Shown: positions 12,380 through 25,708, counted from the stretch's first letter. The stretch is DNA of 64,000 bases from the human T2T-CHM13v2.0 reference genome, Homo sapiens (GCF_009914755.1 NC_060929.1); one strand, 5' to 3'. Numbers and translations: made by a program. The notes: generated from the sequence alone by a model not told the origin.

Positions 12380-13548
12380 GAAACTAAAGTAAAATCCTGT
12401 TTAACTGGAATCTAAATAATCAGAAGTTCACATACCATAATTTTATTGTCATTTTTATGAGAAAGAGACAAATAAAATAAAGCAGCTGATTCAGATACTT
12501 ACCTTTTTAAAAAAATCTGTTAAGATATGATTGGTGGGGATTCAACCCCATATTTAGCTCATATATATCAAAAGACTTCTAAACCTGTGATTGATATTCA
12601 TGACAATGTTAGTATTAAGTACATTTCACTATCTTCTAGGTATTCAAAAGGTGGTTTTGCCCCAATCTGACATAAATTCTAACCCCATGTTAATCACTAT
12701 ATAATTATTTAATTAACCTATCCCCAGCCTAGTTTGGACAAACTGAATTCACAACAAACTGAAAAATAGGGGTTAGTTGTTTTACTTGGAGAAGGGAGGG
12801 ACAAAAGGGCTGAGTGAGCCATTTAAAACCATAATTTTAATATGCAGCATTTCTTTGTGGAACAATTAAATAACACAAGGTTAGAGACCAAAAAACTTGT
12901 ATCTGCAATTTACTTTATATCAAAATAAATTTGGGAAAATCACTTAACCTCAATTTTACCAAAAGTAAATTAGGGCCACTATTATACTTCTTCTATCTCC
13001 CATGACACAAGAGTATGACATAAATACAAGTTTCATTGACCTGGCCAAATTGAACTGGATAAAGATAATTGGCCATATACATGGTGATATCTATCTTCAA
13101 CTGCAGAAAATAGGATGAACCAATGATTTGACTACAAATATATAAATGCTATCTTTATGTCTTTATATGGGTATATTAGAATAAGATGCTTCCCCACCAT
13201 CAACCTGCAGTTCCCTGTAAGGTTACCAGGCCATTACTATTACTGTCGCCTACATATAAATGACAAAGCAGAAGCAAAAATCATAAAAATAAATGGCCCA
13301 ACATAGAAGATGGGTCAAAAATAGAACTTATAATCTTCAAAGCATTAAAGATAGTGCTCTGCATTAAGTAAGCACTTAATGTATTCTTGGAGCAGACTCT
13401 TGAACTGACACCCCACAGTTCTGGAGATCACTAGGCCTCCTAAGCACCCTATGGTAGACGGAAGCCCAGTGTCTTGTCAAAAATCCTAGATGCTCAAATG
13501 CGATGAAAATTACATAAGGAATATATTTCTGCTACTGTTTTTGATCAC

Positions 13549-13693
13549 TTTTTAAACTGTTTTTATTGACATGTAATAGTTGTACATATTTGGGAGGTAC
13601 ATGTGATATTTTAATACCTGTACACAATGTATAATGATCAAGTCAGGAAAATTGGGATATCCATCAGCTCAAACATTTATCTTTTCTTTGTGA
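13549..13693 (-). mobile_element. L1MA/L1PB 3' end fragment
   Basis: tttattgacatgtaatagttgtacatatttgggaggtacatgtgatatttt...atccatcagctcaaacatttatcttttctttgtg. Confidence 0.75.
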
Positions 13694-16534
13694 TGATCAT
13701 GTCTTTTTGCCCCTGTCTCTTTTTTGGCCTCTTTGCTACTTCTATAATAACACAAGTTTACTCCAAGTGAGTTCACAGCAAGCAATATATTCATAATAGC
13801 AGAGGCCCAAGTTATAATTCTAGTCTTGGCCGCTCTCTCAATAACTACAGGCCTTTAGGACGTCATAATAGATGTCTTTATTTTCCCATTCTTAGAAGGG
13901 ATTAAAGGTGGAATTTGACCAAAAGGCAACTGATATTAAGGATGTTGGAACCACTCCATATCTCCCAAGGAGGAAAACTTGCAGAAGTTTGAATGGAGTT
14001 GAGAGATTTTTAAAAGCCAAAGAAGAATTCCCTTTTATCCCTACTTCCATGGGACCCTCTGCTATGCTGCCGAACTCTCTACAGAGACAAAAGGGGGAAA
14101 CTGGACCAGTTACATTATCGGCTCAATAATGTCTTACAGCACAACTGATACAGGATCTTTACTGACCAGAATGCCTGGATGATGTTTTGCCAGGTTTGTT
14201 GAAAAGTTATGCTACGTAAAAGTGAAACAGAAATATTATTATGAACTATGTAATGACAATAATAAAGACCTCTTCTACCTGGACTCTCAAAAAAACAGGA
14301 AAAGTGACCAAATAGTTTTTCTCAATAGCCCAAAAGACAGTCCAAACAGTTTTAAGGGATGGTTCAATTAACAGCAAAAATTCATGTTTCTTATTCCTTC
14401 TCTTGGAAAGAATTAATAAGCAGTTAAATGAGAAATGATAAGAAGAAAAGCCTCAGGATTTGGATGTCCTATAGGCAAGAATACACAGCCCCTGGAATTT
14501 TGTAAATCTCTGAGAAAACACTAAAAGTTTACTTATCCAAAGAACCAAGGGCAAAATCCACAATTGTCTTCAACTAATTTAAGTGTCATCTCATTTCTCA
14601 ATTATTTTCAATGTAATTGATCACATTGAATTACATTTTGAATAACATTGGGAAAAGGTTGGACTGCAGATGCATGTTTTCACTTCATTTTCCATCAAAG
14701 AACCAAATTAATCTGCAGGATATTATGAGCACATTATCCAGCAATAGCCCGCCACATGTCTGCCCACTCTCAGAAGACAATGTATGTCTTATCTTCATTC
14801 ACCGATTCCACAAACATTTCACCAACCCAGTGAAAAGCCCAGGGTAAAGAAGACAATGATATGAACCCTGTCCTCAAAGAGTTTAAAATTTGGTACAAAA
14901 GATATGTTTGCATGCCAAATTACCATAACATGAAGCAAAACGTAATAACTGCCACAAATGAGGATTTAAAAAATGCAAACACCTATGGCATTTCAGAGGC
15001 AACAGCTACATTATGGAAAAGGGAACATTTCTTGCCATTTTAAAAATCACTCGAAAAAGTATTCCAGGTGATTAAACAGATCTGAGACAATAAAGCATCA
15101 TAGCTGAAGGAAGAAAAAACAAAATTAAAAAATTGTTTAAAAGTAGCATCTTCATGTTTTCATTCAACTATACACACCCCAGAAAAACGTAAAATGTGGC
15201 CAGATTTCTCCAGTCAAACTTCTTCCATTCTCTGTGAGAAAGCTAGGTTCAAATGCCTCCACAATCCTGAGATTAAAATGGAAAGTGAGAGAACCTTACA
15301 TCATTGTACATGTGCATTGGTCAAATTACCTTTAGGATTAAAAATCATATTTTTATTTTTTCAATTAACACTGTAAACATGGGCAGTCAGAAGCCTCTTA
15401 CCTTTGCTGTTTAATTATCCATCTGATTGCAGCTCAGATCAGCTCTTTATAATCCAATTTTGAGAAAATGATACATCTATTTAAAAGCACATATAGCTTG
15501 TTTTGTTCAAGTAGAAAGTGACCAAATTCTCCTAGACTGAGAAAAGATTGGCATGTTTGCTTGTGCATATCAGATTGTGTAGTCGCAAACCTGGGAATTA
15601 TTCCACAGATGTGAATGGATTTCTAATTTATGTCACAAAGGAGAGATTATACTCTTAGGATAAGTTATTTACTTACTCATTTTCCTAATTCGATTTCAAC
15701 ACACATGAGAACTTCAAGTCAGGAAAGCATTGCCAACAATGCTTCAACAGAGACAACCAAAAAGAGATCATAAATGTCTTATTAGCTGTAAATAATGATA
15801 AAAATCAAATCTTTGGGAATATAATTACAGCTGGTCTAGCTTAAAGGGTTTTACATTTATATTAGCCCAAGTAAATCACAGTATACTAATTTTAATTTAT
15901 ACATTCAAATAGGTTTGTTGTACTGGTTGCCATAAATTTCAAAACAAGAAAAATCAAGAAGGATCAGCTTCGTTATTTTTTTTTTAATCACATTTTCCAA
16001 TTGTAAGGTCCATAGCTCCTCCTTTTCTGCCTGTTGACAAGTGTACTTCTCCCGCTTTCTAACTTTAAGTACACTCCTCTCTGCAGTAACTTGTCTGAGC
16101 TTGTTTGTCATAGTTCTTACTGGCAATTTCTAAGCTATCCTTTCATGATCTTTTGAAGAAACAATGTATAAGTGCACCTGTGTTATTTTATGTTCATGCC
16201 TTCCCCTTGTTTTCTTTCCTTGGCACCATAGAAGCAGACATACATGTCTGTAACTTATGATGGCTTATTTATTATTTTTACCTGCATATATTCAGAAACT
16301 ATTTTTAAGAAAAGGACTGGACTGATAAATCAGGGCTAGGAAGCCTGGTCATTGTGTGGGCTTGGACAAGTGATATAATTCACTAGAACTATATTTTCAG
16401 GTACAAAATGAGGACGACCCTGCCAGAGAATCAATCATCAAAACTGCGACAACTCTGAAACTGTATGACTCTCTAGCTCTTTGACTTCGGACTTCACACT
16501 TAGATGTCATTTGTTACTTTAAAAGATGGTTGGT

Positions 16535-17140
16535 TCCATTGTGGAAGACAGTGTGGTGATTCCTCAAGGATCTAGAACCTGAAATACCATTTGACCCAGC
16601 AATCCCATTACTGGGTATATACCCAAAGGATTATAAATCATTCTATTATAAAGATACACGCATGCGTATGTTTATTGCAGCACTATTCACAATAGCAAAG
16701 ACATGGAATCAACCCAAATGCCGATCAATGATAGACTGAATAAAGAAAATGTGGTACATATATACCATGGAATACTATGCAGCCATAAAAAGGAATGAGA
16801 TAATGTCCTTTGCAGGGACATGGATGAAGCCAGAAGCCATCATCCTCAGCAAACTAACACAGGAACAGATAACCAAACACCACATGTTTTCACTCGTAAG
16901 TGGGAGCTAAACAATGAGAACACATGACACAGGGAAGGGAACAATACACACCAGGGCATGTTGGGAGGCAGTGAGGGGAAGGAGAGCATCAGGATAAATA
17001 GCTAACGCATGCGGGGCTTAATACCTAGGTAATGGGCTGATAGGTGCACCAAACCACCATGGCACACATTTACCTATGTAACAAACCTGCACATTCTGCA
17101 CATGTATCCCAGAACTTAAAGTAAAATAAAATTTAAAAAT
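16535..17140 (+). mobile_element. 5'-truncated L1 (L1PA8-L1PA11 range) with 13-bp TSD
   Basis: End of L1 ORF2 and 3' UTR (gagagcatcaggataaatagctaa). TSD aaagatggttggt at 16522-16534 and 17141-17153, at a ttt/aaaa endonuclease-type site. Confidence 0.92.
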
Positions 17141-18234
17141 AAAGATGGTTGGTCTTTCCCCTGGTAGATATAAACACAAAGACGAAGCGGCACATACATG
17201 AGCGGGGAGTGTAAACAAGAGAGAAGGGGTGGGGGAAGAAAGTGAGAGAGAAAGAAGGAAAAATGAGGCAAGAGAGACAAAAACCCAGAGACAAGGCAGG
17301 GAAAGGGTGGGGAACAGGGTGAGGAATTTAGAGAAAGAGGAGAGAATTTGGGAAAACAGAAGAGTGTATACAGTAAGAGAGCTAAAGAAGAGGTCTAATT
17401 AATAGTATACAACCAATTATAGGGTATAAAATTTTAAAATTCTTGCATGCATTTTTTGCATGTCAACAAATACCTACAGGTGTTAGTTTCTCTCCAGAAA
17501 AGAAAAAGCAAAATACTTGGATATTGAAGTGCTAATTTTAAATGTCTGTAAAAATTTGTGAGGGAACAAAGTTATTTTCTATTATGAATTTACTAAACAC
17601 TAGATGACATTTTAAGCCATCATATGTTATCAATAAAAATTAGCACAAGAGAAATTCCAGCACAGGGCACAGGATATAGTAGGCAATAATATACCTTAGA
17701 GAGAGAGAAGAAGGAAAATGAGAGACAGAGGAAGGCTCTATTTTAAAATGACATAAATCATTTTCCTGATCTTGAAGACTAATGGAGATAGGGAGAAAGG
17801 ATAAAATAAGCCCATGTAAAATTGCCTAGACTCTGAACAAGCAACAAGTACAAACTACAGTAAAAAGTTAAATAACCAGAACTCAATTAACTACAATTCT
17901 CAATTTGCTAGAACACATCCACACACCTTTACAGTCCAGTATTCAAGGAGACAACTTTACAAAAAAATAAAAGATTTCAATGTTCATGAAATAATAATAG
18001 CAATTACCACCACCACCATTAGCAACTCCCTAGGAATGTCTCTGGAGAACAGTCACATCTAGTACCTACAGCATTAGAGTCCAGAGAACAATAACCACTG
18101 TTGTTACACATGCAGACCAGGAGGCCATTCAAGGACCTCTGCGATCAAGTCTAGTTACTCAAAGTAGTGCCTGCACTTCGTAGTCAATGTGTTGACTGCT
18201 TTAAATGGTTTCCCACTGGAGAGTTAGAAATGTC

Positions 18235-18688
18235 AGCCCATGCCTAAAATTTTTGGAGCCAGGGTTCTCCAGCCAGTAGCCCACTCCCTTCTCTTCTCTT
18301 CCCCACCTTCAGTTCTTTTCTGCAGTGAGGGGCCTTGCACACACCCCCAAGGACATCTCAGCCCAAACATCTAAGATTCATGCACAGCCCCACACTCTTT
18401 GGTCCTAGGAGTGCTCAACACAAGTGGTACAGTTCACCTTCGGGAGATGAGAACTCAAGAGAGACCCACGTAGGCCCTGGAAGTCATCTTGGGATCACTT
18501 AGGTAGGAATTGTGGGGTACCAAGTGGTTTAGAAGAGGGAATGGGGTGCTTTGGATTGACAATATCCACATGGCTCTGCAGAATCGTCTCCCCATAAGGC
18601 ATGGCACAGTGGAGGAAGACCAGTAGGGCCCTCTAAAGCAAGTGACACGAGGCAAGAGCCTCTTTCCCCAGGTTTAAGGGTGCTACTG
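18235..18688. mobile_element. hAT-Tip100 relic (MER115/Zaphod-like)
   Basis: Terminal cagtagggccctctaaagc...ccaggtttaagggtgctactg resembles the MER115/Zaphod end as I recall it. Confidence 0.45.
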
Positions 18689-20417
18689 TTAACATGGCAT
18701 TTCTGCCTTAACCTGGGTTAGCCAGGAAATCTAATTAGCCATATCTCATTCCATGCAGCCAGACTGAATAGTATTTGGTTGTGCTATACAGTGAAAATAA
18801 ACAACCTAAGCTCTAAAATTACTGTAACTCAGGTGGTCAAATGATTTTGGTTTTAATCCCTTGGAATCCCTGCCCAATTAGCACAAGAGGATGAATTTTC
18901 TTCAGCAATAAACCCCTAAATGCCTCATGCATACTGCTTAAGAATAAGCTAGCACAAAGAGAACCTTTACTCTCAGTGACCAAACAGAGAGTAAAGTTTT
19001 TGTCTCAACTTCTCCTTCCTTACTCTCAGTCTACAAAACATCATGCAAGGCTGACCCAAGGCCAGAAGCCAAATTTAATGGTGAGCCTCCCCTCTTGTTC
19101 TCTCTTCTTGTAATACCTCATCCTGACACGCCCGAGTTATCCTCTGTAGGAACACAAGAAGATCCACTTTCCCAAAACAGTGTCCTATACCTCTGTTCCC
19201 CACTCTCTACCACCTGATTTTTTTTCTTGTCTTTTTGGGCTTTAATCTGGTCACGGTCAACTAACTAAGAGAATAAACTACTTACCATATACTAGTGAGC
19301 TAGTGAGTGTTATCAGTCGAATAGGTCATCTACCCAACTTAATTAACATTGCAAAAATGAGGTCAGAGCAGTGGAGGCACACAAGCTCCTTGGAACACTT
19401 CGAATAAACTGTACAGCCTGCTCGACTGAGAGACCACCACATATAGACACAGTAGAAGGAATACATAAAAGAGACGAGACTTGTCCTAATAGATTTGCAG
19501 TACAGCTGAGAGACAGAATCTATATAACATGGAAAGAGCTTTAATAATATTATAAAATAACACAAGGATACAAATCAGTGAGTAATAAGGCCTTTTTCCC
19601 TCCTGTTTTCTAATGTACTCCCAAAAGTCTCATCTGCCATAAGCTTTCCCTGAAATTTTGATTTAAGAGATAGAAGGCTTGGCCTGAATAGTAAAAGAAA
19701 CAGCTTGGAAGAATTTAGACACATTTCCTTCCTTCTCTGCTTCCTCATGTTTCCTGTCCTTAGAAGTTAGGCCTTTTGAAGGATGTTTGGAAGTGTTCCC
19801 TGCATGTCCATGTGCTTCTGCTACCTCAGTCTTGTTTTTATTACTATAATATATCAGGGCCCTCAAGAGTTATCTTTATTCTTCCTATGTAAGAGTGAAT
19901 AGTAATTTCATTTCAGTTTTTCCAGCTGTTCCTTTATATTGTTCTGCCCCATGACTTCAAAAAGATAGGAAACCCTTGAAGTCCTAGAATCCTAGACTCA
20001 GAGTCAGAAAGCACACATTCTTATTCTAGTTCTAGTGCTTAGTAGCTGTGAGGAAATTATTTAACTCTTCCGAGTCTCAATGCCGTCTGTAAGATGGGGG
20101 CCTGTTTCAGCAAATGCCAAATCAAATCCCTTTCTGCGAGAGCAAACAACATGGTGCTGCTTAATAGGCATGGTTGATGTGAGCACTTGTGGCAGATATT
20201 CTCTGCTTTGGAATTTCTCTGAACAAGATCCGATTGATTTGTTTATTCAGTTAACAAATATTTTCTTGAGCACCTAATATGTATCAGACTCTCCACTGAG
20301 CGCTTATTAGAACCACTGGAGCTATGAGCCATCCAGTTGCTACTGGACAGTTTCTATTTTCAAATTACCACTTTTCTAGTGTTCTCCCTTTTGGAGAATA
20401 GCTAAGAATATGTGTCA

Positions 20418-20736
<319 letters not shown>

Positions 20737-21295
20737 AAGAATGTGTGTCATGTTGCTTGCTTAAATTCTATTCGCAGCATTTTGGAATGACACGTCTCCC
20801 TCTCCTGGCTTCATTATACATCAAAATTCCCAAAGTTAAAGTTTTTTCAAGACATAAGTCAGCATAGTCGCTAAGAAATTCTCCCTTGGGCTTGATAGAA
20901 GAGAATTAAAATATATCTGGACTTCATCAAGTCTGGTTTTTTAGTCTGTCATGGGAGGCTGGAGTCACTAGGGATAAATTAAATTATTAAGAATGAAAGT
21001 TTCCAATAGTGTAAAGGAGAGACGTGGTAGTGAGCAGCACATCAAGATAATGAGTGAGCACACGCACCACACCCGGACTCATGGATACTTATGCTGCAAT
21101 CCATAAGTGCACCTCCTCAATATGCCACCTCTGAAAACCAAAAATGTAACAAGCAAATATCAGAATAGTCATTCCTGCTCAGTGGAGTCCCTAGCGACAG
21201 TCAAATAAAAGAAGACGAGCTTCTTTGAAGCTCGAAAACAAAGAGCACCTTTCCAGTGGACAACTAACTAAAGTGGTGTGATTTTGGTATAAGTT

Positions 21296-21338
21296 TGTGT
21301 GTGTGTGTGTGTGTGTGTTGTGTGTGTGTGTATGTGTA
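21296..21338. repeat. (TG)n microsatellite at the poly(A)-tail position of the SET retrocopy
   Basis: Interrupted TG run lying between the retrocopy AATAAA (tttatt 21349-21354) and the left TSD copy. Confidence 0.9.
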
Positions 21339-23122
21339 TACATTTAGTTTTATTGTAACAAAGCAACTTGTACTTTTCACGTTTAAAACTGAGCATCATC
21401 TTTCCTTTACAGTGAAACAAAAAGAAAACTTAAAAATAAGCAGGAACAAAATTACAATAGAGAAAGTCAATTCCAAATAAGATCCTACAGGTTCTTCTGA
21501 TTCTCCCTTTGAGTGGCAGGGCTCAAGTCATCATTAGGAGATAATTTATTTTAAAAGTGTCATCTTAAACTACAAAGATGCCTGTTAAATATCACAATAA
21601 ACATGCCAAAGGAGAAGCCATGTTGTCAAAATGCCCACTTAACCTACCCAAACATCTCAGATCCACCCTTTGCTGACCTTCTATAATCCCATTTTGTTTT
21701 TTAGTTTTTTTCTTTTTTTAAACAAGAGAAAATAGACAGATACATGTTGGTAAATGCTAACTGTCCATATTCACATAGAGACACCGTGTACTCTCTAAGC
21801 CCAAGATACAGAGAAAGGAGGGAAAAAGCTAGAATTCTATGCACTACTACACAGGGGCCTAGCACCCTCCAGCTTCCAGCAGAATGAAAGGAGCAGGTTT
21901 TTCTTTTTTCCCACAGAGCTCGGTGGTGTTGATTCCATACAGTTTTTGTTCAGACAGAAAGGGATAAAAATGAATTTCAAACAGAAAGGCGTAGAGACAC
22001 TTTTCCCATTGTATTCTGCAATAAGTTGAGAACCATGGTGTAGAGCAAAGAGACCTCAACAACAGGGCAACAGAGCACAAGAGGAAAAAGAAAAGACTGG
22101 AACTTGCTCCCAGGGACTGGAGAAAAATTTTTAAACAGGAAAGTTGGAACCTATCAGTGTTCTAGTAATCTTTTCCTTCATCCTTCTCTCCTTCCTCCCC
22201 TTCATCATCATCTTCATCTTCACCTTCATCTTCATTGTCTTCTTCATTAGTATCTTTTTATCCTTCCTCCTCTTCATCATCATCATCATCTTCTTCTCAT
22301 TCTGCTTCTTCATCATCCATATCGGGAACCAAGTAGTACTGTAATGAGTTTGACCAAATATCATCTTTGGTGACCTCTCATAACTCATCAGCACCTGCAT
22401 CAGAATGGTCAGTAAACCAGGTAAAGAAGCTCTCTGGTTCCTCATGCTGCCTCTTCCTGCTGGCTTTATTCTGCATTTGACTTGAACATTTCATCAAATC
22501 CTTTCCAGATGAACATTTCATCAAATCCTTTCCAGATTTCCATTTCATTTCAGTGGACTTTGAAGATGGATCACCACTCTCATTCAGATGAAATTCTTTG
22601 GATAGAAGTTTATTTTCAAAGTAAAGATTTTCATCAAAATAAAAATCTATTCTGTAACCTGATTTAATATCTTCAAATTCTGTCATTTCAACTCTGCTCA
22701 AATAATGCAGTGCCTCTTCATCCTCCTCCAGCAGGGCAGACACTTGTGGATGCTTGACAAATGTTGTTACCCCAAAATTTGGGATTTTGGCGATCAATTC
22801 TGACATCTTCTGAAAAAATGGTTGGCAGAGTTTGTCATATTTCTGTTCTACTTTCAAAATCTCCTCACTGGCTTCTTCATTAAGTCTGTCTATTTCATTT
22901 TGTACTTCATCAATGCATTCAATTGCTTCTTGCTGTTCTTTTTCTCCCTTCCTCAGCAAGCCTGCAGAGGCCAATGTCTCCTCCGGTCCCAGAGCAGGAG
23001 GCATTCTTGGTTTCTTCTTTTGAGGCAGGAGTGGAGACTGGCATTTGGGGGCCATGCTGCTAGGGAAGTCCAAGAACCAGACCACAAGTCTCCTTGCTCA
23101 TCCGGAAGCAGGCAGAACACTC
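21297..23122 (-). pseudogene. Processed pseudogene of SET (TAF-I-alpha/I2PP2A, NAP family); possibly SETP21, but the number is not verified
   Basis: Intronless SET-alpha sequence from ATG at 23055 (MAPK.QSPL...[20 protein letters not shown]...[18 protein letters not shown]...[16 protein letters not shown]). Premature TGA at 22380-22378 and two more stops in the acidic tail. Long 3' UTR with AATAAA at 21354-21349. TSD tggtataag(a)ttt at 21285-21296 and 23123-23135. Confidence 0.95.
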
Positions 23123-24334
23123 TGGTATAAGATTTATTGGTTAAAATTGAGCAATAACACATGGGTATTTGAAGGATCCCTTTACACTATTAATTCCATT
23201 CTTAATTAATAGCATAAATGTCCATTCTTAATTTTATAAATGCAGAACCATTTATAAAAATGGAAAAGCCATAGCTGTTTGGACCCCCCAAGGAAGCTAA
23301 TCAACCCACCAAGATAGAACAGGAGTTTGTAAACATACCTTTGGCGTAATTGTTTGATAATTTATTATATAATAGTTAGTTCTTTAACAAATGGCTTTTA
23401 TTTTCCCTGATCTAAATTAATATTAGAAGGAGAATGAGTGCTCTCAAAAAATGGGAGAAAATGCAGAAAATAACATTATTTTCCCTTCAAACATCCATCT
23501 TCTCCATATGCTTATGATGGGTGACAGAAAGAGGAGGAAAATCAGGCCTCCCAGGAAATACACAGTTGGGGGGAATCCCTGCCCCAAACATGCATAGGCA
23601 GGGCTACCATTTTGCACAATCCCACTTATACTCTTGGTGAAATTTACCTCCAGGACTATGCGGTGCACAATCTGCCTGCTGTGCACAGGGACTCTATCTA
23701 CAGGCACCCAATAGTCCACGAAGAGGAAAGTGCACCTAGCCCAGGGAAATAATATTGTGTTGCCCTGCGGGCTAGTTCAATCCAAAGGGAGTCAAGGAAA
23801 AGAAAGAGAAAGTGTTCACTGACTTTAATAATTATTCAAGATTCAGAAGTATCTGGGAATTATAAAATATTTGATTCTGTAATCACATCAGAGGAAAGCC
23901 TTTCCATTTGACTGATTCTCCAACAAACCAAACCACAGAGGGAATGGCTGAGCAAACAGTTTTCCTACCTTCATGCTCACACACATGGTGGAACATACCA
24001 GCAAACAAAAAAACATTCACCAGATTTCAATTGATGAAACACACTGGGAAGAGGTGCCTTCCCTTTGGTTGACTTTAAAAACATTAACTGATACAGTTTA
24101 AGTTTTTGTTTCAACCTACAAAATAGAGTTGTTACCTTAAATATATGACATTTAAAGACAAGGGATTTCTATCAGACCAGATGAAGAATACGCTGGACCT
24201 CAGTCTGGTGACCAAGCATTATTCACATGAGAAACGTTCTTAACCCAAACACTTCAGAATGGCATAGGAAGCTTGCTTTACTGAGATGCTCAAGGATGTG
24301 TTAGAAGCAGGATCTCTGAAAAGCAGGAGTGAAA

Positions 24335-24805
24335 AGGCCAGGACCACTCTAGGGCCAGGTATCCCTAATCAGGGGGCTGATGCTTCAGAATGCCCTCTCC
24401 TGCCCTTCTCCAGCCATGCCTCTCCATGGAACCAGCAGTCTGCAGGGCTGTGATACATACCCACCTGCAGGGACAACTTCCCTTCTAGACTCTTCCCCAA
24501 GTACTCATGACCCTTGAATTTCCTGCCCCAAGTGGTCCGAAACCAGCTTCCAGGGCCTGGGTGTGTCTTCACCCTCCCGAAGCAGATCAACTCACAGGTG
24601 TGCGCACCCCTAGGCCTGAGGGGTGTTCATGGGCAGCTAGTGGATGTGGGTGTGAATAAAGTTGAATGAGCAGGCTGGCTCACCCACACACATTCTTACA
24701 AGGATCCTCCAGTTGCACAGTGGAGCCAGGGCAAGAAGAGAAGGAATAGGTTGTGGAATAGGGGGGTCTTGTCCTGGGCCCTCAAATGTTAGGGGTGAGC
24801 CTGGA
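24335..24805. mobile_element. hAT-Tip100 relic (MER115/Zaphod-like), opposite orientation to the 18235 copy
   Basis: GC-rich block; cgcacccctaggcctgagggtgt is roughly the reverse complement of cacactctttggtcctaggagtgc near 18391-18414. Confidence 0.4.
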
Positions 24806-24882
24806 ATGGGATAAATCATATAATGAAATGAGTACTATTCAGTGATCCAAAGAAAAATCTCCTCTCTCTGTTTCCTATCCTC

Positions 24883-25012
24883 ACGGTGACCACATAAACG
24901 GAGTATCTCAACCAGGACACTGGGGAGCATGAAAGGTATCTTAACTAGATGGGACACCAGCTCAACAGGTGAGGCCAGGACTGTCTTGCAAACTAGGATA
25001 TAAAGTCATCCC
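24883..25012 (-). mobile_element. MER94-like hAT MITE
   Basis: ggtgaccacata...aaccaggacact...caacagg...ccaggactgtc...aaactaggatata...gtcatcc matches reverse MER94 as recalled. Confidence 0.55.
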
Positions 25013-25672
25013 AGCTACACCGAACTGTAGAATAGTGTCTTCCCTTAAGATGATCATTCACTACCACTGAGCCCAGAGTTCCATAAATCATTGCCATCCA
25101 TTGGCATCCAGCATTTTCCCCCTCATTGGGTTCTTTTCCTCATTAGAGAGTGTTTGTGTTTGGTGTACCAAGAAGTAAATAAAACCTCATTTTCATCATA
25201 TACAACAGACTTTGGGCATATAATAGAAAGCATCATATGTGGTTCCAACTTCTGTAGTTTTCCTACAAAGTTTGCTCAATCTTTTAAGTTTGTAGGTTGA
25301 CATTCCAAATAAAAGGAGTAGAAAATAAGAAGGAAACCCGTGAAACAAGAGAACCATCAGAAACCCCTGCAAACTCACCAAAGAAAGTTGGATCTAGGGA
25401 TTCCTGCAGGAGGTAGAAAATCAAAGATAAATAGTATATGGAATTTTAAAAGAAAACATTGTGGATGGCCTTTTCTGGAGCCCAGCCTGCACTGAGCCTA
25501 TGCATACAGGATTTAATCAGGACTAGTCAGTGCAATCCAGACGTGCACACCCTAGATGAGGGAGTTTCTAGGAAAGTCTATGGCCACATCCTTGGCGTCT
25601 AGTTAATGTGTCTCCCGTGCTGCTTCTTGGCAAATTCCAGTAGCCTGATCTTATCTCATAGCTCTTGCACAA

Positions 25673-25708
25673 TACACACAGACACACACAGACACACACA
25701 CACACACA
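25673..25708. repeat. Interrupted (CA)n microsatellite
   Basis: acacacagacacacacagacacacacacacacaca. Confidence 0.85.

Noticed and set aside
15402-15476. Minus-strand donor AAG|GTAAGA with a possible 75-nt exon, and similar isolated GTAAGT donors near 19285, 27830, 28555, 36790, 38285 and 58455
   Set aside because: Weak or absent paired acceptors; such hexamers are expected by chance in 64 kb.
22131-22445. 104-aa Met/Lys-rich ORF and the antisense hydrophobic ORFs over the SET copy
   Set aside because: Alternative-frame readings of the GAT/GAA-rich acidic-tail region of the pseudogene.
23056-23085. N-terminal extension [10 protein letters not shown] resembling SETSIP
   Set aside because: The first codon here is not ATG and the sequence is the SET-alpha 5' UTR. 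This copy is truncated by stops and is not the SETSIP gene.
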